This document shows positions 18,855-29,376 of a stretch of 64,000 nucleotides of DNA, in pieces. The notes below the pieces were generated by a model. The model was not told where the DNA came from, made no database searches, and worked only from the letters and a program-made list of their open reading frames with translations. Both the position numbers and the translations under genes were made by a program. Within the stretch, counting starts at the first letter, position 1, and each line of letters opens with the position of its first letter. The DNA comes from Thermoanaerobaculia bacterium. GTDB lineage: Bacteria; Acidobacteriota; Thermoanaerobaculia; UBA5066. The stretch covers positions 3,616,001 through 3,680,000 of the forward strand of contig CAVRAY010000001.1 of NCBI GenBank assembly GCA_963719225.1. Reading direction: 5' to 3'.

Positions 18855-20212
18855 CAGAAGGACCTCAATGTGTCGAGGAGGGCGTCGAGGCCGCTGCGCG
18901 GCGTCCGCTCCGTCACCGCCACGAGAAGGAGATCCCGGTACGCCGTCGCCCCGGGGTCGAGCCGCGTGTACGGGACGCCCGCGAGAACCTTCCGCGCCTC
19001 GGCTCGGCGCAGGACCTCGGCCACCGGGACCCCGCAATGCAGCGCGAACTCGTTGAACGTCTTTCCGGAGAAGGCGACGGAGAACGGCCCAGGAATCGCC
19101 TTGATGGAAGCTTTCAGGTACTCGGCCTTCGAGAGGCACTGGACGGCCGTCTCCCTCAGGCCCTTCTTGCCGAGAACGGAGAGCGTCATCGTGGCCGCGA
19201 GCGCGAACAGCCCCTGGTTCGTGCAGATGTTCGACGTGGCCCTCTCGCGGCGGATGTGCTGCTCGCGCGTGGACAGCGTCAGGCAGAAGCCCGTTCTGCC
19301 GTCGGCATCCGTCGCGCGCCCGACGAGGCGGCCGGGAATCTGCCTCTTCGCGGCGTCGCGGCACGCGAGGAATCCCACGAGCGGTCCGCCGAACGAGGGC
19401 GCGAGGCCGAAGGAAGCGGCCTCTCCGCACGCGATGTCGATGCCCGCGGCTCCGGGCGGCTCGAGGATCGCGAGCGAGAACATCTCGTTCACGACCCCGA
19501 TCGCGAGCGCTTCGTGAGCGTGGGCCGCGTCGGCGGCGGCCCGCCAGCCCTCGACGACGCCGAACACGTTGGGAGACTGGACGCAGACCGCGAACGTCGT
19601 GTCGTCGGCCGCAGCCGCGAGCGCGCCGGCGTCGGTCGCGCCGTCCTTTCCGAGCGGGACCTCGACGATCGAGAACGGGAAGTTCGCGAGGTACGTGCGG
19701 AGGCACTGCCGGTAGACGGGATGCACGCCCGCGGAGACGAGGACCTTCGACTTCTTTTTCGTGAGGCGCTCGGCCATGAGAACCGCCTCGACGAAGGCCG
19801 ACGCGCCCTCGTACATCGACGCGTTCGCGACGTCCATTCCCGTCAGGAGCGCCATGTGCGTCTGGAACTCGTAGATTGCCGTCAGCGTGCCTTGCGCGAC
19901 CTCGGCCTGGTACGGCGTGTAGGACGTCAGGAACTCGCCGCGCAGAAGGAGCTGCGAGACGAAAGCGGGGGAATGGTGGCTGTACAGGCCCGCGCCCAGG
20001 AAGGACGTCCAGTCTCCGAGGTTCGCGTTTTTCGCAGAGAGCCGGCCCAGGTCCCGCCGCACCTCGATCTCGGAGGCGGGACGCGGAAGGTCGGGCGGCT
20101 CTCTGCGGTAGACGGCCCGCGGCACGGTTGCGAAAAGATCGTCGATCGACGCCGCGCCGACCGTCGCGAGAAGGGATTCCCGCTCGGCGGGGCTGTTCGG
20201 GATGTAGCGCAT
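18854..20212 (-). CDS. gcvPA: Glycine dehydrogenase subunit 1
   Basis: EFLTSYTPYQAEVAQGTL, NASMYEG, TREQHIRRERATSNICTNQ. Confidence 0.95.
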   Translation of the reverse strand: MRYIPNSPAERESLLATVGAASIDDLFATVPRAVYRREPPDLPRPASEIEVRRDLGRLSAKNANLGDWTSFLGAGLYSHHSPAFVSQLLLRGEFLTSYTPYQAEVAQGTLTAIYEFQTHMALLTGMDVANASMYEGASAFVEAVLMAERLTKKKSKVLVSAGVHPVYRQCLRTYLANFPFSIVEVPLGKDGATDAGALAAAADDTTFAVCVQSPNVFGVVEGWRAAADAAHAHEALAIGVVNEMFSLAILEPPGAAGIDIACGEAASFGLAPSFGGPLVGFLACRDAAKRQIPGRLVGRATDADGRTGFCLTLSTREQHIRRERATSNICTNQGLFALAATMTLSVLGKKGLRETAVQCLSKAEYLKASIKAIPGPFSVAFSGKTFNEFALHCGVPVAEVLRRAEARKVLAGVPYTRLDPGATAYRDLLLVAVTERTPRSGLDALLDTLRSF

Positions 20213-20276
20213 CTCGTCGTGTCCTCCCCGGCACCCGTTACGCCGAAGGCCGGGGCGCCGGATGTCGTTCTCCCGC

Positions 20277-20672
20277 TCAGGCCTTGGCTTCCTCTTCCAC
20301 GAACTTCTCGTAATCGGCCGCGTTGAGGAGCGTGTCCATCTCGGCGTCCGAGGAGAGCTTGATCTTCACGATCCACCCGTCGCCGTGCGGATCCTCGTTC
20401 ACCGCTCCGGGCTCGTCCGCGAGGACCGTGTTCAGCTCGATGATCTCGCCCGCGACCGGCAGGAACAGCTCGGAGACCGCTTTCACGGATTCGATCGTTC
20501 CGAATTCCTGGCCCGCGTCGAAGATCTCGCCCACATCGGGCAAGTCGACGAAGACGACCTCCCCGAGCTCCTTCTGCGCGTGATCGCTGATCCCGATCGT
20601 CCCCACGTCGCCGTCGACGCGGATCCACTCGTGGCTCCGGGAATAGCGGCGATCGTCCGGGTAAACGCTCAT
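20277..20672 (-). CDS. gcvH: Glycine cleavage H protein
   Basis: HEW, GISDHAQ..LG and IESVKAVSEL lipoyl-lysine motif. Confidence 0.96.
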   Translation of the reverse strand: MSVYPDDRRYSRSHEWIRVDGDVGTIGISDHAQKELGEVVFVDLPDVGEIFDAGQEFGTIESVKAVSELFLPVAGEIIELNTVLADEPGAVNEDPHGDGWIVKIKLSSDAEMDTLLNAADYEKFVEEEAKA

Positions 20673-20690
20673 GTTGCTCTCCTGAAGGCT

Positions 20691-21803
<1,113 letters not shown>

Positions 21804-21879
21804 TGCGCGCGGGACTCTACGGTACCCTCCGGGCCCCGTCAACAGAACGGGTGCATCAGGACGCGGCGATAATCCCTCG

Positions 21880-22800
21880 ATGGCCGCGCCTCTCGAAAGC
21901 GATGCCGCCACCCTCGCCGGTGCGCGGCCGCGAAGGCGCTTCGCGGCGGGAGACGAGTTCCGGGACACCGAGGCGGGCTCGCTTCATCTCTTCCTCGAGG
22001 GCCGTGCGACGCTGCTCGCCGAGACTCCGTTCGGGCCGCATCCGGTCGCGGATCTCGCGGCGCCCGCGCTCCTCGACCTGCGCGCGTCGTTCGGCGGCAC
22101 CCCGGGCGTCGCGCGCGTCGTGCCCGCGCCCGGAAGCATCGCCGCGTGGTTTCCCGCGGACGAAGCGCGCGTTCTCCTCTTCGATACGGGCTCTTCGGGC
22201 AGCGCTTTCCGCAGGCTCGCGCTCGCGAGCCTCACGGCCGCGCTCCGCGAAACGAACGCCTCTCTCGGCCGGTTCTTCGACGAAGTCTCGTCGCCCTCCT
22301 CTCGCGAGCTGGCGCCGAAGATCGCCACGACCGAGGACGGTGCGATCGACCCGGCGCGCGCGCGCGACCTGTTCGAGACGGCGGGCCTGGACCCGAAGCT
22401 CCTGCCGGCGCTCGGACTCGTCGCGCGTACCGTCCTTCCGGGGGCCGCTCTCCTGGTCGCGGGCGAGCGCGGGGAAGAGGTGTTTCTCGTCGCCGAGGGC
22501 AGGCTTCGCGTTTCGCTCGAGATCGCGGGGGGAGAAGAGGCCCTCGCCATCCTCGGGCGCGGCGAAATCGCCGGCGAGATGGCGCTCGTGGACGACGCGC
22601 CGCGCTCGGCGACCGTGTTCGCTCACGGAGGACCCGCCGTCGTCTACGTCCTGACGCGCGCGGTGTTCCGCGACCTCCTGGCTTCGGGCGCTCCGGAGGG
22701 CGCCGCGCTTCTCGCGGGCATCGCGCTGGTCCTGACGCGGCGGCTCGAAGAGGCGATCAAGAAGGCCGCGAGCTTTCGCATCCTCGCGGGCCCGATCTGA
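21880..22800 (+). CDS. Cyclic nucleotide-binding domain protein (two cNMP-like domains)
   Basis: C-terminal [19 protein letters not shown] phosphate-binding cassette; degenerate N-terminal copy. Confidence 0.75.
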   Translation: MAAPLESDAATLAGARPRRRFAAGDEFRDTEAGSLHLFLEGRATLLAETPFGPHPVADLAAPALLDLRASFGGTPGVARVVPAPGSIAAWFPADEARVLLFDTGSSGSAFRRLALASLTAALRETNASLGRFFDEVSSPSSRELAPKIATTEDGAIDPARARDLFETAGLDPKLLPALGLVARTVLPGAALLVAGERGEEVFLVAEGRLRVSLEIAGGEEALAILGRGEIAGEMALVDDAPRSATVFAHGGPAVVYVLTRAVFRDLLASGAPEGAALLAGIALVLTRRLEEAIKKAASFRILAGPI

Positions 22801-22806
22801 CCTGGG

Positions 22807-24885
22807 TCACATCTTCTTGAGCTTTTCCTTGATGTTCGCGCGAACCTCGCCGGCCGCGGGGCCCACGAGGATCCGCAGCGACTTCGACTCGTACCCGGGT
22901 GCGGTCAGGAGGACCTCGTAAACCGCCATGTCGGCGAACTGCAGGTCCTCCTTCGCGAACTTCGACGCGGGCCCCACGTTGCGGCCGTTCACCGAGACCA
23001 TCGCGTCGGACGGCGTGACGTTGAACACGGCATCGCGCACCGTGCGGTAGCTCGGGCGCTTGAGCTTGCCTTCGGGACCCGTCGGCCCCTCGGGCGTTCC
23101 CTTTTCGAGCCTTTGGTCGATCGTGACGTTGTCGTCGGTGGCCGTCGATCGCACGATGAGCTCTACGTTGAGGTCGCGATGCTCCGGCGCGCAGAGCCGG
23201 AGCCGATGGGTGCCCTCGAGGTTGAACGCGAGAAGTGAGCCTCCGCCGGAATCGTCCCAGTCGTCGGAGATGCCGATGTACCGCCCGTCGAGATAGACGC
23301 GCGCCTGACTCGGCGAGACGTCGACCTTGAGGAACCGGCGGATCGTGACCGTGAGGTCGGCGGGCTTCTGCCGGGGCGCTCTCGTGGGTGTGGGGACGGC
23401 GGCTGCGGCGGTGGCCGTCGTCGCCGCTTCCAGGGGCGTGACCTTCAGCCGCGCCTTCTTCGCAGGTTGGGCGGTCGGCGAGGCGTCGGGGACCGGCGTC
23501 TCGACGATCGCCACCGCCGGACCGGCGGTCGAAGGGACGGCCAGGCTGGGTGACTTCGTGGCCGGCGGAGGGGGGGGCGGGATCGGAGCGAGAGCCGGGA
23601 TGGGCGTTATCGGCGCCGACGTCGGAACGGGCGGGATCTCGACGCCTTCCTTGTCGCTCTTTTTCGAGAGCACGAGCATGCCGAGGACGAGCGCCGCCGC
23701 GGCGAGGACGCCGCCCCCGAGGACGGCAGGCGAGAGTCTTTTCTTTTTCAGGGTGGGGGCTGGCGGCGCGGCGCCTGAGCTTTTCGCGATGACTTCGCCC
23801 ATGCGGCGGCCGGTCGTGATCGTGGGCGATTCCGAGTCCGGGTCGTGCGGGATCACGGCCGGGATCGGAGGCCGGGCGGGAACCACCGGCGAACCCGGTT
23901 CCTCGAACGGCATCGAGGGGGGCGGCGTGACGCGCGTCGGCGCCGTCGAGGTAGGCGGGGCTCCCGCCAGAGGCGCCACGGGCGGCGGCGCTCCCGGCGA
24001 GGAGCGCACGCGCCGGACCTTGCTTTCCGAGAGGCCCGCGGTCGAACCGACGGGCGAGTAACCGAGAATCTCGCGCAGGTCGCCGGCCAGCTCCCCCGCA
24101 TCGGAATAGCGGTTCGCGCGGTCCTTCGCGAGACACTTCTTGAGGATCTCCTTCATACCCTCGGGCACTTCGTTCGTCACCAACCCCGGATCCATCGGCT
24201 CCTCGTGGAGGATCTGGTAGACGAGCGTCGTCAAGGTGTCGGCCGGGAAAGGTTTGCGCAGGGTGAGCGCCTGATAAAGGACGATGCCGAGGGAGAAGAT
24301 GTCCGTCCTCGCGTCCAGCTTTTCGCCCTTGATCTGCTCGGGAGACATGTAGGCGGGAGAGCCCACCATCTGGCCGGTGGACGTGAGCTCGGTGTCTCCC
24401 GTGAGGAGCTTGCCGATTCCGAAGTCCGTGACTTTCGCCGAGAGCGTCGGCGAGAGGAGGATGTTCGCGGGCTTCACGTCTCGGTGGAGGACGCCGCGCT
24501 CGTGCGCGTGCGCCAGCGCCTCGGCGACCTCGGCGACGACGCGGATGCGATCGCGCAGGAGGAAGCCGGCGGGGTCCGTGAGGCGTTGCGAGAAGCTCCC
24601 TCCCTGCACGAGCTCCATCGCGAGGAAGAGCGTGCCCTGGTCCTCGCCGACGTCGAAGACGGTCACGATGTGCGGGTGCTGGAGACGCCCCGAGATGCGC
24701 GCCTCCTTCAGGAACCGCGCTTTCGCCTCGTCGACGCTGAAGCTCTTCTCGCCCGTGTCGAACCGGATGGTCTTCAGGGCGAGCTCACGCTCGATCTGGG
24801 GATCGCGCGCCAGGTAGACGACACCCATGGCGCCGCGGCCCAGCGTGCGCAGGATGACGTATCGGCCGATCTGTTCAGGGCTCAA
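22807..24885 (-). CDS. Membrane Ser/Thr protein kinase with C-terminal PEGA-like domains
   Basis: LGRGAMG, ALK, HRDVKPANI, DFGIG, YMSPEQ; a TM helix; VSPSQARVYLDG and VTPSDAMVSVNG repeats. Confidence 0.92.
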   Translation of the reverse strand: MSPEQIGRYVILRTLGRGAMGVVYLARDPQIERELALKTIRFDTGEKSFSVDEAKARFLKEARISGRLQHPHIVTVFDVGEDQGTLFLAMELVQGGSFSQRLTDPAGFLLRDRIRVVAEVAEALAHAHERGVLHRDVKPANILLSPTLSAKVTDFGIGKLLTGDTELTSTGQMVGSPAYMSPEQIKGEKLDARTDIFSLGIVLYQALTLRKPFPADTLTTLVYQILHEEPMDPGLVTNEVPEGMKEILKKCLAKDRANRYSDAGELAGDLREILGYSPVGSTAGLSESKVRRVRSSPGAPPPVAPLAGAPPTSTAPTRVTPPPSMPFEEPGSPVVPARPPIPAVIPHDPDSESPTITTGRRMGEVIAKSSGAAPPAPTLKKKRLSPAVLGGGVLAAAALVLGMLVLSKKSDKEGVEIPPVPTSAPITPIPALAPIPPPPPPATKSPSLAVPSTAGPAVAIVETPVPDASPTAQPAKKARLKVTPLEAATTATAAAAVPTPTRAPRQKPADLTVTIRRFLKVDVSPSQARVYLDGRYIGISDDWDDSGGGSLLAFNLEGTHRLRLCAPEHRDLNVELIVRSTATDDNVTIDQRLEKGTPEGPTGPEGKLKRPSYRTVRDAVFNVTPSDAMVSVNGRNVGPASKFAKEDLQFADMAVYEVLLTAPGYESKSLRILVGPAAGEVRANIKEKLKKM

Positions 24886-24909
24886 ACGTTGATGGACTCC
24901 GCGAGGATT

Positions 24910-25245
24910 CTACCCAACGTCTCCCGGCCCTCCCTCGCCGTCGGGCGGAACGTCGCGCGGCCCCTCGTCCGTCTGCAGATCGGAAGAGGTGCCCGGATCC
25001 TTCGCGAAGGCCCGCTCGCGGCTCGCGAGCTCTCTTCGGGCTTCATCCGCGCGCGCCGCGGGCACCGCGACCTCGATCGGGGAAAGATCTTCGCTCTCCG
25101 TCGGCGTCTGATGGAAGCTCCGGTCCACGACGCGCGCCGGGATTCCACGGCTCTCCAGGAAGCCCGCGATCAGGGCCGCCTCCGATTCGTTTGCGGCTGG
25201 TGCGATGCCCTCCCAGCGCTCCTCGCTCTTCGTCTCCTCGGCCAT
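24910..25245 (-). CDS. DUF2007-like small protein
   Basis: EAALIAGFLESRGIPA..IEVAVP..DEARREL pattern. Confidence 0.65.
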   Translation of the reverse strand: MAEETKSEERWEGIAPAANESEAALIAGFLESRGIPARVVDRSFHQTPTESEDLSPIEVAVPAARADEARRELASRERAFAKDPGTSSDLQTDEGPRDVPPDGEGGPGDVG

Positions 25246-25274
25246 GGCATCTCCTCTTCGGTCTTTCTTCGTGC

Positions 25275-26402
25275 TCAGGGTACGACGCGGAGGTTTCCGG
25301 CGCGAACGGCGGAGGCGGGAAGGAAATGCCCCACGACCGCCGCCACCGTGTCTCCGCCCGCGTGGAGGGACTCGACGAGGGCGGCCGCGAACGGGGCCGG
25401 CACCGCGAAGAGCAGTCCGCCCGACGTCTGCGCGTCGGCGAGAAGGAGAAGGTCGGTCTCGGTGACGCCGGGCGCGATCTCCAGGACCGGCCGGGCCGCC
25501 GCGAGATTGCGGCGGCTGCCGTCGGGCGCGACCCCGGCCGCCGCGAGCCGGCGCGCGCCCGGCAGAACGGGAACGGCGGAAGCCGTGACCTCGGCCGAGA
25601 CGCCACCCGAGCCGAGCATCTCCTTCAGATGGCCGAGGAGCCCGTAGCCCGTCACGTCCGTGGACGCCGAGATCGTGAAAGCGTCCGCCGCGCGCGCGGC
25701 CGAGCGGTTCAGCCGCGTCATCGAGGCGACCGCGGCGCGCTCCTCTTCCTCCGACGGGCCGGAGTCCTTCTTGAGGGCGGAGAAGAACGAGCTTTCCCTG
25801 AGGACCTGCGCTCTCATGGCCGACGTGAGGATTCCGGTTCCCACCGCTTTCGTGAGCACGATCGCGTCCCCCGCCCGCGCGCCCACGTTGCGGCGCAGGC
25901 GGGAGAGGCGCACGCGGCCCGTGACCGACATGCCGTAGACCGGTACGTCGAAATCGGTGGAATGCCCTCCGAGGATCGGGACCGCGGCGTCGCGCGCCAC
26001 CTCGGCGCCGCCCCGGAGGATTTCACCGAGCACCTCGAGCGGGAGCGCCTTCACCGGAAAGCCCACGAGGTTGAGAGCGAAAAGCGCCTCGCCCCCCATC
26101 GCGTAGATGTCCGAGAGCGCGTTCGCCGCCGCGACGCGCCCGAAGTCGAACGGAGAATCCACGACCGGCGTGAAGAAGTCGGTCGTCGCGAGCAGCGTCT
26201 CGGGATCCGGGTCGTCGGAAGAACCGAAGCGGAACACGGCCGCGTCGTCGGACGTGTCGTATCCGACGAGAGCACGCGGGTCGTGAGCCCGCGGCAACGC
26301 ACCCAGCAGCTTCACCAGGTCAGACTGACCCAGCTTGCAGGCTCAACCCGCCGACGACGCGAACATCAGGATCGACGGATGAGGCTTGATCGCCTTCTCC
26401 AT
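25275..26402 (-). CDS. selD: Selenide, water dikinase with selenocysteine (in-frame UGA at codon 20)
   Basis: Frame reads MEKAIKPHPSILMFASSAG-TGA-ACKLGQSDL.. into DDAAV, TTDFFTP, AAANALSDIYAMGG, DVTGYGL and DAQTSGGLL. TGA at 26343-26345 sits at the catalytic Cys/Sec position. Confidence 0.93.
26315..26333 (-). promoter_or_regulatory. Candidate bacterial SECIS hairpin in selD
   Basis: CUGGGUCA-GUC-UGACCUGG stem-loop; the loop begins with G 17 nt after the UGA. Confidence 0.6.
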
Positions 26403-26439
26403 GCTGGGAGTCTACTCAGATGGAGAGAGCGTCCCGTAT

Positions 26440-26724
26440 CTACAGGTCGCCGGCTGCGAAGGATTCGCCGAGCTGGCGGAGGAGCATGTTCGTCGCGACT
26501 CCGGCGACAGCCCCCACGAGGACGCGACCCTTGTAGCGGCCCACGATGAACCCGACGAACGCCGCGCCTGCGAGGCACGCCATCGGGTGGCGCTGGACGG
26601 TCTCGAGAGCCGCTCTCTTCCAGTCGATGTCCTTCGGGAAGAAGTCGAAAGGCTCTCCGGGCCGGCCGACCGGGCCTTCGGGCGAGGCGCCATGGGGCGC
26701 CGGCTGGCGAACCGCGTCGTCCAT
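26440..26724 (-). CDS. Small membrane-anchored protein (YqjD/ElaB-like neighbourhood)
   Basis: VQRHPMACLAGAAFVGFIVG tail-anchor pattern; TGATG-coupled to the upstream gene. Confidence 0.6.
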   Translation of the reverse strand: MDDAVRQPAPHGASPEGPVGRPGEPFDFFPKDIDWKRAALETVQRHPMACLAGAAFVGFIVGRYKGRVLVGAVAGVATNMLLRQLGESFAAGDL

Positions 26725-27014
26725 CAGTCGTCTCTCCGGCGAAGGAGCAGGCCGAGCGCAAAGCCCACGCCGAGCGCGATCGCGACGGACTTGGCCGGGT
26801 TGTCCCGCACGTAGTTCGTCACCCCCGTCTGGACGTCTTCCCAGTCGGTATCGGCGAGCTTTTCCCGGAGCGCTCCGGCCCGTGCCTTCACGTTCCCGGC
26901 GACCTCACCCACCCTCTCGCGCAGGCGACCGGCCTTCTCGCCCACCGATTCGCGCGTCGCGTCGATCTTCTCCTCGACGACTCTTGCGGCGTCTTCGACC
27001 GTGCTGTTTGACAT
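26724..27014 (-). CDS. DUF883/ElaB/YqjD family protein
   Basis: YVRDNPAKSVAIALGVGFALGLLLRRR C-terminus; GAGGAGG RBS. Confidence 0.88.
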   Translation of the reverse strand: MSNSTVEDAARVVEEKIDATRESVGEKAGRLRERVGEVAGNVKARAGALREKLADTDWEDVQTGVTNYVRDNPAKSVAIALGVGFALGLLLRRRDD

Positions 27015-27084
27015 GGTCCGACCTCCTCGGGCCGGCGATCTTGTCACAGCCCGCGCGCCAGGGGAAGGTTACGATTGATGCGCG

Positions 27085-28359
27085 ATGCGCCCCTCGACGG
27101 CGCCGGCGCGCCTCGCCGGCCGGGAGCTCCACGAGGTTCCCCACCTCGCGCGGGCGGTTCTCGTCGGGACCGTCCGGCGGTTTCTCGACGCGCGCGGCTT
27201 CGACCTCGCGGCGAGCCTCGCGTACTCGGTGCTGCTCACGCTCGTTCCCCTCGTCGCGTGCGTCACCGTCCTCACGTCGACGTTCTTCGGAGAGTCGGGC
27301 ACCGGTCTCTACCGCCTGCTCCGCGTCCTCCCGGGGGCGGGGCGAGAGTTCCTCACGGACCTCCAGGCCTTCAGCATCAAGGCCACGTCCGTGTCGGGCA
27401 CGGCCACGCTCTTCTTTCTCGCGACGTCCCTGCGGACGTTCTTTCTCATCGAGGGCACGGTCCAGGCGCTCTGGGGCTCCACGGGCAACCCGCGCCGTCG
27501 CGTCCGACGCCTCGGAATGGCCATCTCCGTCATGATCCTCGGGCCGGTCGCCACGGGCGTCCTGACGTCCTTTCTCCTCGAGAGCGACGCGCCGTTCGGC
27601 AATTTCCGGTTCCTCGGATCCCTGCTGTCGTTCTGCCTGCTCGTCTATCTCTACCGCAAGCTGCCCGGCTCGTACGTGAGGTGGGCGCCCGCGGCGACCG
27701 CGGCCCTTCTCGTGAGCGCCGCGCTCACGCTCCTGCGCATCGGCTTCGCGCGCGGCGTCCTGCTCCTCACGTCCGTCAACCAGACGTACGGCTCGATCTC
27801 GGCGATCGTCATCTTCGTGATCGCGATCGGGATCATGACGACGATCTTTCTCGGCGGAGTCTCCCTGGCCCACGCGATCCAGTACCGCGACGAGTTCCTC
27901 GACCACGACACGCCTCCCGAGCGCACCGAAGAGGGCGGACGTCTTTACGTCGCGGTGCGCCTCCTGCTCGTGATGGCGACCGCGTGGAAAAACGATCGGG
28001 CGACGCGCACGCGCGTGGCTCTCGCCTCGGAGATCGGCCGGCCCGAGGAAGAGGTCGCCCCCCTCCTCGCGGAGCTCCTCGGCGAGGGGCTGCTCACGTC
28101 CGACCAGGACGGCAATCTCGCTCTCGCTCGCGCGCCCGAGACGATCTCGCTCTATGCCGTCGCCCGCGCGATCGGAGAGTCCGCGCTCCGGGCGGTCCCC
28201 TCGGGCCATGACGCAGCCGCCCAGACTCTGCACCGGGTCTTCGCGAGGGCGAACCGCGAGGAAAGGGCCGTTCTGCAGGGCACGAGCCTCAGGGATCTTC
28301 TCCGCAGCCCCGGAGAGGAGGAAGATCTCCTCCGGGAAGGGCTCGTCACGGTCCGATGA
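27085..28359 (+). CDS. YihY/BrkB family membrane protein with C-terminal Rrf2-like wHTH
   Basis: AASLAYSVLLTLVP, TYGSISAIVIF, LARAPETISL. Confidence 0.8.
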   Translation: MRPSTAPARLAGRELHEVPHLARAVLVGTVRRFLDARGFDLAASLAYSVLLTLVPLVACVTVLTSTFFGESGTGLYRLLRVLPGAGREFLTDLQAFSIKATSVSGTATLFFLATSLRTFFLIEGTVQALWGSTGNPRRRVRRLGMAISVMILGPVATGVLTSFLLESDAPFGNFRFLGSLLSFCLLVYLYRKLPGSYVRWAPAATAALLVSAALTLLRIGFARGVLLLTSVNQTYGSISAIVIFVIAIGIMTTIFLGGVSLAHAIQYRDEFLDHDTPPERTEEGGRLYVAVRLLLVMATAWKNDRATRTRVALASEIGRPEEEVAPLLAELLGEGLLTSDQDGNLALARAPETISLYAVARAIGESALRAVPSGHDAAAQTLHRVFARANREERAVLQGTSLRDLLRSPGEEEDLLREGLVTVR

Positions 28360-28874
28360 AAAGGCTTCTCACCGTTCTCGCCGTTCTCCTGGGACTCGCG
28401 ATCCTCGTCACGCTCGTGGGCTCGGGGATGAGAGCCGAGCACGTCGCGAAGTCCTCACGCCTGTACTCCGCGCAGCCCGAGCGCGTCTGGACCGCCCTCC
28501 TTTCCATCCGCCAGCTCCCGTTCGACCGGTCGGAACTCGCCAACATCGAAAACCCGGCGGAGAAGAATCGGGTGCCCGCGTCGCTGGAGGTCGTCGGCTC
28601 GCCGGTCAGGATCGAAGCTCCGATCCAGAGGCCGCCGGTCGAGCTCGTCGTGAAGACAGTCGAGCCAGGTCTGAGATATTCCGGCACGTGGACGATCGTC
28701 CTCACGCGCGAGAGCGACGGAACACGCGTCACGATCGTCGAAGACGCCATCATCAGTTCGCGCGTACTCCGTTTTTTCGTCAGGACGGTTCTCGGCGACG
28801 ACATCCTCATCGAAGGGATCTTCCGCGCCGTCAAACGCAAGCTCTCCGAGGGGCCACGCACGCTGGGCGGCTGA
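28356..28874 (+). CDS. SRPBCC/polyketide-cyclase-like protein
   Basis: AQPERVW..YSGTWTIVL..DGTRVTIVE; ATGA overlap with the upstream gene. Confidence 0.6.
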   Translation: MKRLLTVLAVLLGLAILVTLVGSGMRAEHVAKSSRLYSAQPERVWTALLSIRQLPFDRSELANIENPAEKNRVPASLEVVGSPVRIEAPIQRPPVELVVKTVEPGLRYSGTWTIVLTRESDGTRVTIVEDAIISSRVLRFFVRTVLGDDILIEGIFRAVKRKLSEGPRTLGG

Positions 28875-28901
28875 GCCGGCGCGGCCAGGTCCCATTCGGG
28901 T

Positions 28902-28931
28902 TTGACGCGCCTGCCGGCTTCCCGCTAATCT
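28902..28931 (+). promoter_or_regulatory. Candidate sigma70 promoter of tRNA-Ala
   Basis: TTGACG-18 nt-TAATCT, about 20 nt upstream of the tRNA. Confidence 0.5.
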
Positions 28932-28951
28932 CCGCGACTCGCCGAACAGGT

Positions 28952-29028
28952 GGGGCTGTAGCTCAGTTTGGGAGAGCGCCTGAATCGCACTCAGGAGGTC
29001 GTCAGTTCGATCCTGATCAGCTCCACCA
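28952..29028 (+). tRNA. tRNA-Ala(CGC), integration target (attL)
   Basis: GGGGCTG/CAGCTCC acceptor stem with G3:U70; anticodon arm CCTGA-ATCGCAC-TCAGG; TTCGA T-loop; encoded CCA. Confidence 0.97.
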
Positions 29029-29051
29029 CTTTACGTAGCTTCCGAGAGCTC

Positions 29052-29074
29052 CGGTACAGCAAACGGTAACGGGT
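29052..29074 (+). promoter_or_regulatory. Putative integrase arm-type site (left arm; also at 47109-47131)
   Basis: CGGTACAGCAAACGGTAACGGGT matches the motifs at 31138 and 46946. Confidence 0.65.
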
Positions 29075-29117
29075 CGCGTGCTTGCGGTTTGGACCGGTTT
29101 CCGCTGAACTGAGAGCC

Positions 29118-29345
29118 ATGAAAAGCACGAAAACGAAGGCCGAGCCGCGTACGACGCGTGGCTCGCGTGACCTGAAGACCGCGCTCAAGAGAGCGGCCGC
29201 CGCGCTCGAGAAGGCGGCCATGGCCGCGCCCCGGACCCGCGGCTCTCGCGACCTGAAGGTAGAGATCGAGCGCGCGAAGAAGGCCGTCAAGAAGGCCACG
29301 GCGATCGCGCGGACGACACGCGGCTCTCGCGACCTGAAGAGCTGA
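29118..29345 (+). CDS. 75 aa basic protein with three RT(T)RGSRDLK repeats (copy 1)
   Basis: RGSRDLK codons differ only synonymously between repeats (CGT GGC TCG CGT vs CGC GGC TCT CGC). The one SNP seen between copies is silent (ATC/ATT). Confidence 0.75.
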   Translation: MKSTKTKAEPRTTRGSRDLKTALKRAAAALEKAAMAAPRTRGSRDLKVEIERAKKAVKKATAIARTTRGSRDLKS

Positions 29346-29376
29346 GCCGACTCCCCCTCTCTCATGGCCCGCTGGT

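Noticed and set aside
21804-21879. Glycine riboswitch upstream of gcvT
   Set aside because: Only 76 bp of divergent intergenic space and no aptamer motifs.
29151-29340. Three spaced DNA repeats resembling a mini CRISPR array
   Set aside because: Repeats vary at synonymous positions within one reading frame, spacers are too long, and there are no cas genes.
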